Assembly: GCA_038496445.1 (NCBI GenBank)
Contig: JALMLS010000341.1
Location: 99,663 to 163,662, forward strand
Direction: 5' to 3'
Origin: Trichosphaerium sp. ATCC 40318
Lineage: Eukaryota > Protista > Tubulinea
DNA: 64,000 nt
This document shows, in pieces, positions 60,317-64,000 of the stretch. Position 1 is the first letter of the stretch. Each line of letters begins with the position of its first letter. Below the pieces are notes generated by a model. That model ran no database searches and had not been told where the DNA came from. It saw only the letters and a list, made by a program, of their open reading frames with translations. Made by a program: the position numbers and the translations under genes.

Positions 60317-61380
60317 ATGGGCGATAAAAGCAGTAAAGAAGCAAAACCCACAACTAAAACTCCAGGTAGCTAAAACTGAATTTCTCTTCTCTTCTATTGT
60401 TCGTTTATTGACGATCGGTTGTTACCTGTCGATTTTGATTAAATAACAGGTTACGTATCCCGCGACCATACAGAGCCTCTAAAAGAATAGTAAGACACTC
60501 ATTTCATGTGTATTTCTATTTACTGCCACTTCTTGTTAGCCAAAGCGATTTCAACATAGCACTGATTGGAAATCGTGGTGTTGGGAAACGTAGCCTTGTA
60601 CATAGGTTCGTTGATGACACCTATACAAATCAGTACCCCGAAGGTGAAGAAAAAGTACGCAATGACTCCAAAGGTGAAGAAAAAGTACGCAATGACAAGC
60701 GCAAAACAACTTTCCACTGCTGTTTGCTCAGACAAAAAAACACGTGTTAAAACTATCAATTGATTTTTAATGCAATCGCTAACTGCTACATTTAGATAAG
60801 TATAAAAGAAATCAATATAAAGGGTGAAAAGATTAGGCTACATGTTTGCGCGAATCAAAGTATGCTTCTCTACAACACTATCCTTTATCATAATGTATAT
60901 TTAGGCCGTCCATCCCAAATGATTAACGCCCACACTCCCTATAGAGGTTATCATGGCATTTTGTTATTGTTTGACATAACACGCCGTGAATCTTTTCATT
61001 ACAGTATGTGGAATTGGCTGCAAGAGATTCAAAGATATGGGAGAGAAGACGCACAAACTATACTTGTCGGAACTAAATGCGATCTAACAGCAAACCGTGT
61101 TATTGGTTATGATACTGCCAAGGTAAACAATGTCTAATAATTGGCAACATAGTGTTTTCATTTGTTTAAAACTTGCTTACTTAAAACTCATACCAACTTT
61201 TTTCAGGAGGTAGCTGACGGTTTAGAGATGTCGTTCATAGAAACATCAGCTAAAAACTCAACAAATGGTATGAAGTTACCTATGCATGAACTAGTTTAAT
61301 AATTTGATTTTGTAGTGACAGAAGCCTTTGAGTTATTGGTCTCTAAAATTATGGCAAAATATAGGAAAAAACCAAAATAA
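60317..61380 (+). CDS. More divergent tandem paralog of the Rab1-like GTPase
   Basis: MGDKSSK, GNRGVGKRS, LVGTKCDL, FIETSAK; same intron positions and upstream sequence as the 57821 copy. Confidence 0.8.
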
Positions 61381-61805
61381 CAGCTTTTTACAAAATACAA
61401 AAAGTTGCCACAACAAATTACTAGAGAATTTTTCGCTAAGCAGTTGAATGTGCTACGGCGTAAGCCCTACATGCCTTGAATCTACACGGTAAGTATAAGA
61501 GCTTAATATACAACTGTAGCCGTGAGAAAAAATAAATACGTTTAACTGTTTTAATGGTATGACGTTATTGTAAAATGTGAAAATCTCCTAGCTAGGTATT
61601 TGTTGTTCATCGCATGTACCTTAAAAGTGTATAAAGAGTAGTAGTGCATCGAACCTGAGCGTACACACTAAAATGATAGTTGTGGCTCCGCTAAAAACGT
61701 TAAGTTCAGCTCATTGATCTTTATTAGCGATAGAAAACCCAGCTAAACGCTTTTCATTTGTGTAGTGCGCTTTTTCCAAAAATGTTTACAGTTTTTTTTC
61801 TCTTT

Positions 61806-61912
61806 CTAACTTATGCAACATCCCAAACAGCCAAAAATGATACTCACATACTACATGCACATTGCGAATACAATACATCGTTTTTGGCTGTTTGGGATGT
61901 TGCATAAGTTAG
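61806..61912. repeat. Perfect 32 bp inverted repeat (hairpin)
   Basis: CTAACTTATGCAACATCCCAAACAGCCAAAAA (61806-61837) versus its exact reverse complement at 61881-61912. Confidence 0.92.
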
Positions 61913-62390
61913 TGAACAAAAATGTTTTCTAAACTGCGTTGTTTGCCACCTCACGTCAGGGATAAGTAGTACATCACTGTTTAAGAGGATTTGGCCTATT
62001 CATTTGGCAGTAAAAGGTGTTGATGCTCTTAAATAAGGAATTAAAAGTTCTTTTTTTGCTGAAAAGATGACGACACATATTTTCTATGATAATTACGCAT
62101 AATGTACATATTGTGCATCTCTTTTAAGATCCTCCCCTTGAAATACAAACCTTAACCTATCATGTACGGCAGTTTCAGGAGAGTAGCTGACTGCTGTGTG
62201 GTTGACACATTTTTTACTTTTTCATCAACTGCTTAGAGAAAAATTCTCTAGTAGATCAGAAGAGTACAACCATACCAAGCCCAAACAAAAAAGACAGTGG
62301 AGTAAAATAAAATAAACTTTTGGTTGAAGGTTTTTTTGTTTATTTTATTGTGAACAACGTTAATGACGTTTTTGCTTGAGTCTTTCTTTT

Positions 62391-64000
62391 TTACGTACAA
62401 GGAAATTTTGAACTTAAAAAAGTCCTTGCTTCCTCAATTATTGACTCTTTGTTAGCGTTAGGGCATATTAATAGTGCCTTAGTAACAAACTTCTCTGACT
62501 TTCTACTTAGTAAATCCCACAACCCTTTTTTTTCTGAGAATTTTAAGGACAACAACACAATGCCAAGAACAGTAACCCATATAGATATACCAAGCTCTTC
62601 TTTCATCAACTCCTTAGGCATTGCACTCTTTATAGTACTAATTTCACACCCAAGTTGCTGTGCAAACTCAAGACAGAGAGAGAAACTTCCATCAGCATTT
62701 TGAAGGAGAACAAAGTTGTCAAATGGACTTTGAGTGCTCGCTTTAAACAATCAGTAAACAGGTGGTTTTAATGCTTGATGTACCTCTTGTTGGTGTTGCT
62801 ATAAGCTTGTATACTCTTCTAGACAATATAGAAGTACTAGAAGAGACATCTTCATTTAACGTGTCGCTAGTGCCAGCTGAACTCCAGCCGGAATCTGTAT
62901 CACTTTCACAAGTATCAAATTGCTCTAGATGAGCAGACTGTGATACAGCCACTGGTGTATGTGGTAATTCAGGCATCATATTTGTAAACGAAGCAGATTT
63001 TTTTACTTGTGTAACACCACTACTAGAACTCCTACAAAAATAATGTCAAAAAAACAAACCGAACTTCTTGTTTCAATTACAAAAAAGAAAAAAAAGAGAA
63101 CCGTACTCCCTGACTACAAGCATTTGAGGTTCTAGTCTATTTTGGTGGTTGGACATAAACGGTTTATAAGGTAAGTCACGCTCTAGATAGAAGATCAACT
63201 AAACGACAACCAGCGAATATCAATGAACGCTTGTAACAATACCTGTAGCAATACGATCCTTTACTGTTTTCTCCTTGCGTTTAAGTTCCATACGCTCTTG
63301 AATTAACCTTGCTTGGAACTGTTCAGAAAGTAAGATCCGAGACTTCTTGGCATCATCATTTATATCAACAGTCTCTAATACCCCAGTCTAAGGAAAGGTA
63401 AGAAAGGTACATTCAAGCACAAAAAATTCAAAATAAAAAAAAGTACTTACCGCAGATTCACTTTGTCGCTCCTCTATAGCAACAAAGGTAGTATACCTCG
63501 ACAGAATATTCCATCTAAGATATAGAAGTCAGATTATGGTAACACATGCACTGGAAAATCAACGACCATGCAACGTCTTAGTCACAAAAAATCGGTCAAT
63601 TTCTTCTTGTAGTACCTTAATGCAATATCAATAATACGTTGTTTGTATTGCTCTCCTTTACTCTCTAAATCTCTAATAAGAGATGATGCAGCCAACCTAT
63701 GTAACATAGCTCCAGAAACAACAGAGCAAGACTTAGACACTAACAACAAATAAAGTGTTAGCTGAGATTAAACTTCAAGCAATATTTCTTACCCGGAATA
63801 GAAAATTTATGATCATCAGCACCAGTAGTTCCAGTAATATTAATGTTTGTCTCTTGAATATCTTCAGCTTTACAAAACGCGTGGACTACAAGCTTTTCTT
63901 TACCAAATATTGGTGCAAGAGAAAGCGGTATTGGTCTCTTTAATACTGGTACTTTACCCAGTCAAGACATACCTAGTACCATCAATAAACATCCAACAAA
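62391..64000 (-). CDS. 3' part of a vWA5A/PARP4-like (VIT-vWA family) protein; continues beyond the window
   Basis: LHRLAASSLIRDLE, ILSRYTTFVAIEER, VLLQNADGSF, IWVTVLGIVLL, WDLLSRKSEKFV. Confidence 0.75.

Overview
Gene-dense, AT-rich eukaryotic nuclear DNA with many very short spliceosomal introns (mostly 35-100 nt, donors often GTACG/GTAAG) and the standard genetic code. A TKL kinase with a C-terminal STAT-type SH2 domain suggests an amoebozoan protist (inference). About 27 spliced genes can be reconstructed by eye, so boundaries are approximate where stated. The provided ORF track mostly shows single exons or antisense shadows. Main highlights: (1) a La-module protein whose C-terminus is a RIG-I-like receptor C-terminal (5'-triphosphate-binding-type) zinc domain; (2) a ~2 kb symmetric island at 22.1-24.2 kb with iterated motifs in opposite orientation on its two arms, paired hairpin modules and a spliced His-Cys box (I-PpoI-like) endonuclease gene; (3) a three-domain purine enzyme, degenerate PAICS-type PurC + class I PurE + PurK; (4) a SelM/Sep15-family selenoprotein with an in-frame UGA and a SECIS; (5) long intronic and intergenic hairpins, a MITE-like element, recent duplications (PhoD, Rab1-like with N-myristoylation motifs) and giant-virus-like F-box/repeat genes. 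All identifications come from motif recognition by eye; no searches were run.
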